Below are positions 62,883 to 64,000 of a stretch of 64,000 nucleotides of DNA, piece after piece (within the stretch, counting starts at the first letter, position 1; every line of letters begins with the position of its first letter). The notes under the pieces were generated by a model that searched no databases, was not told the DNA's origin, and was given only the letters and a program-made list of their open reading frames with translations. The stretch is taken from contig QCPD01000009.1 in NCBI GenBank assembly GCA_003209755.1, positions 5,623-69,622 of the forward strand. The letters run 5' to 3'. The position numbers and the translations under genes are program-made. The DNA comes from Prochlorococcus sp. AG-436-C14. Its GTDB lineage: Bacteria; Cyanobacteriota; Cyanobacteriia; PCC-6307; Cyanobiaceae.

Positions 62883-64000
62883 TCAATATATTTTCGATTT
62901 TAGATTTCGAATTTCATCTAAAAGTTGATGAGATATTGAAAGTTTTGTTGAGAAAGATAAGTTTTTGACCATTTTTCTTGGGCCTAACAAAAAACCACTA
63001 TTGAAGTTTTTATCAAATCCTTGCCCAGCTCTGTCAATGGGATTGGCCATTAGAAGGTCGCAACCTTTTAAAACCCTTTTATTCTCTCCTTTTTCAATAA
63101 TTTCATTATCACTTCCTGTCTCAGCAGCAAAACCTAGGAAAATTTGATTATCTAATTTCTTTCTCGTTTGATTTTTGATTAGATCTGGGGTCATTTCTAA
63201 ATTATCAAAAATAGACTTTAAAAAAAATTCTTTAGAGATTTTTTGTTCACTTGGTCTATTCCTTTTAAAATCTGAAACTGCTGCTGCCATAACAATGACT
63301 TGAGCAGATGGTTGTAAATCATCAATTTTTTCACCCATTTCAGATGAGCTTCTAACTGGATAAGTATTAAGTCCCTGAAGAAGATCTTTTTGGACGCTTA
63401 TTGGACCATGAACTAAATCGACTTCTGCACCTCTTAACTTTGCAGCTTGAGCTATTAAAACTCCCATCCTTCCACTACTTCGATTTGTTAATTGTCTTGC
63501 TGCATCAAGATCTTCGACGGTGGGCCCAGCTGATATCAGAAACTTTATGTTTTTTAGATCTTGGGTGAGAAATTTATTTTCAGCATTGAAAATGAATGCA
63601 CTTTCAGAGGCCAATTCAATAATATCTAGATTTATCATTTTTCCATCACCAACTCTGTCGCAAGCTAAAAGCCCCTCACTAGGTTCGAGGGCAATCACTT
63701 GGTCAATAGTCTTTAAGTAATTCCAATTCTTTTTTACTGATTGATTTTCCCACATTGAAGTGTTCATCGCTGCAGCAATGACTATTTGAGATTTACTAGC
63801 TAAGAGAATGCTTGCTAAAAGTCCATCAGCATTTCCACTAGTAAATTTGGATAAAGATGTAGCGCTCATAGGTGCAACAATAATGAGCTCTGCCCATTCA
63901 GCCAAAGCAATATGCAAAGGCTTGGTTTGAGATTCATCCCACTGATCTTTATCTTGAAAACATTTATTTCTGCTTAAGGTTGATAAAGATAAGGGACTAA
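62883..64000 (-). CDS. coaBC: Bifunctional phosphopantothenoylcysteine decarboxylase / phosphopantothenate-cysteine ligase, 5' end outside window
   Basis: The frame stays open to the window edge (…SPLSLSTLSRNKCFQDKDQWDESQTKPLHIALAEWAEL). IVAPMSATSLSKF flavoprotein motif and C-terminal CoaB domain (ISAGPT, NRSSGRMG, AAAVSDF). Confidence 0.88.
   Translation of the reverse strand, partial: SPLSLSTLSRNKCFQDKDQWDESQTKPLHIALAEWAELIIVAPMSATSLSKFTSGNADGLLASILLASKSQIVIAAAMNTSMWENQSVKKNWNYLKTIDQVIALEPSEGLLACDRVGDGKMINLDIIELASESAFIFNAENKFLTQDLKNIKFLISAGPTVEDLDAARQLTNRSSGRMGVLIAQAAKLRGAEVDLVHGPISVQKDLLQGLNTYPVRSSSEMGEKIDDLQPSAQVIVMAAAVSDFKRNRPSEQKISKEFFLKSIFDNLEMTPDLIKNQTRKKLDNQIFLGFAAETGSDNEIIEKGENKRVLKGCDLLMANPIDRAGQGFDKNFNSGFLLGPRKMVKNLSFSTKLSISHQLLDEIRNLKSKIY

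Noticed and set aside
62701-62886. 61-aa minus-strand ORF between coaBC and psbO
   Set aside because: It has a TTG start, lysine-rich low-complexity sequence derived from A-runs and no SD. The region is best explained as the psbO promoter and 5' UTR.

Overview
The window reads as core chromosome from a low-GC marine picocyanobacterium, probably Prochlorococcus-like. This is an inference from psbA, psbO, ndhH, cp12, a phylloquinone (men) gene cluster, SbtA/BicA-type carbon transporters, AT-rich intergenic DNA and very tight gene packing. I support 62 protein-coding loci, and nearly all are housekeeping: photosynthesis, central metabolism, the secE-nusG-rplKAJL ribosomal cluster, tRNA/rRNA modification, chaperones and proteases. 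I saw no rRNA or tRNA genes, CRISPR arrays, transposases, integrases, phage genes or defence-type genes, and no island-like compositional break. I do not see a convincing undescribed multi-gene system here. The items most worth a second look are:
- A BicA-like SulP transporter gene is split by one extra G in a G8 homopolymer. This could be a sequencing error, a fresh pseudogene or a slippage switch.
- A TrxB homolog has lost both NADPH-binding signatures and looks like the NADPH-independent DTR/FFTR class.
- prfB carries the classical programmed +1 frameshift (CTT TGA C), which the ORF track breaks into pieces.
- A 21-bp perfect inverted repeat sits between two convergent genes.
- The rplJ leader is G+C-enriched and has mutually exclusive pairings.
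- An rplL terminator has its U-tract directly against the rnhA start codon.
- Two intergenic regions are unusually long for this genome: 478 nt upstream of pgk and 324 nt upstream of psbA.
Functional calls come from motifs recognised by eye and remembered family signatures. No database search was run.
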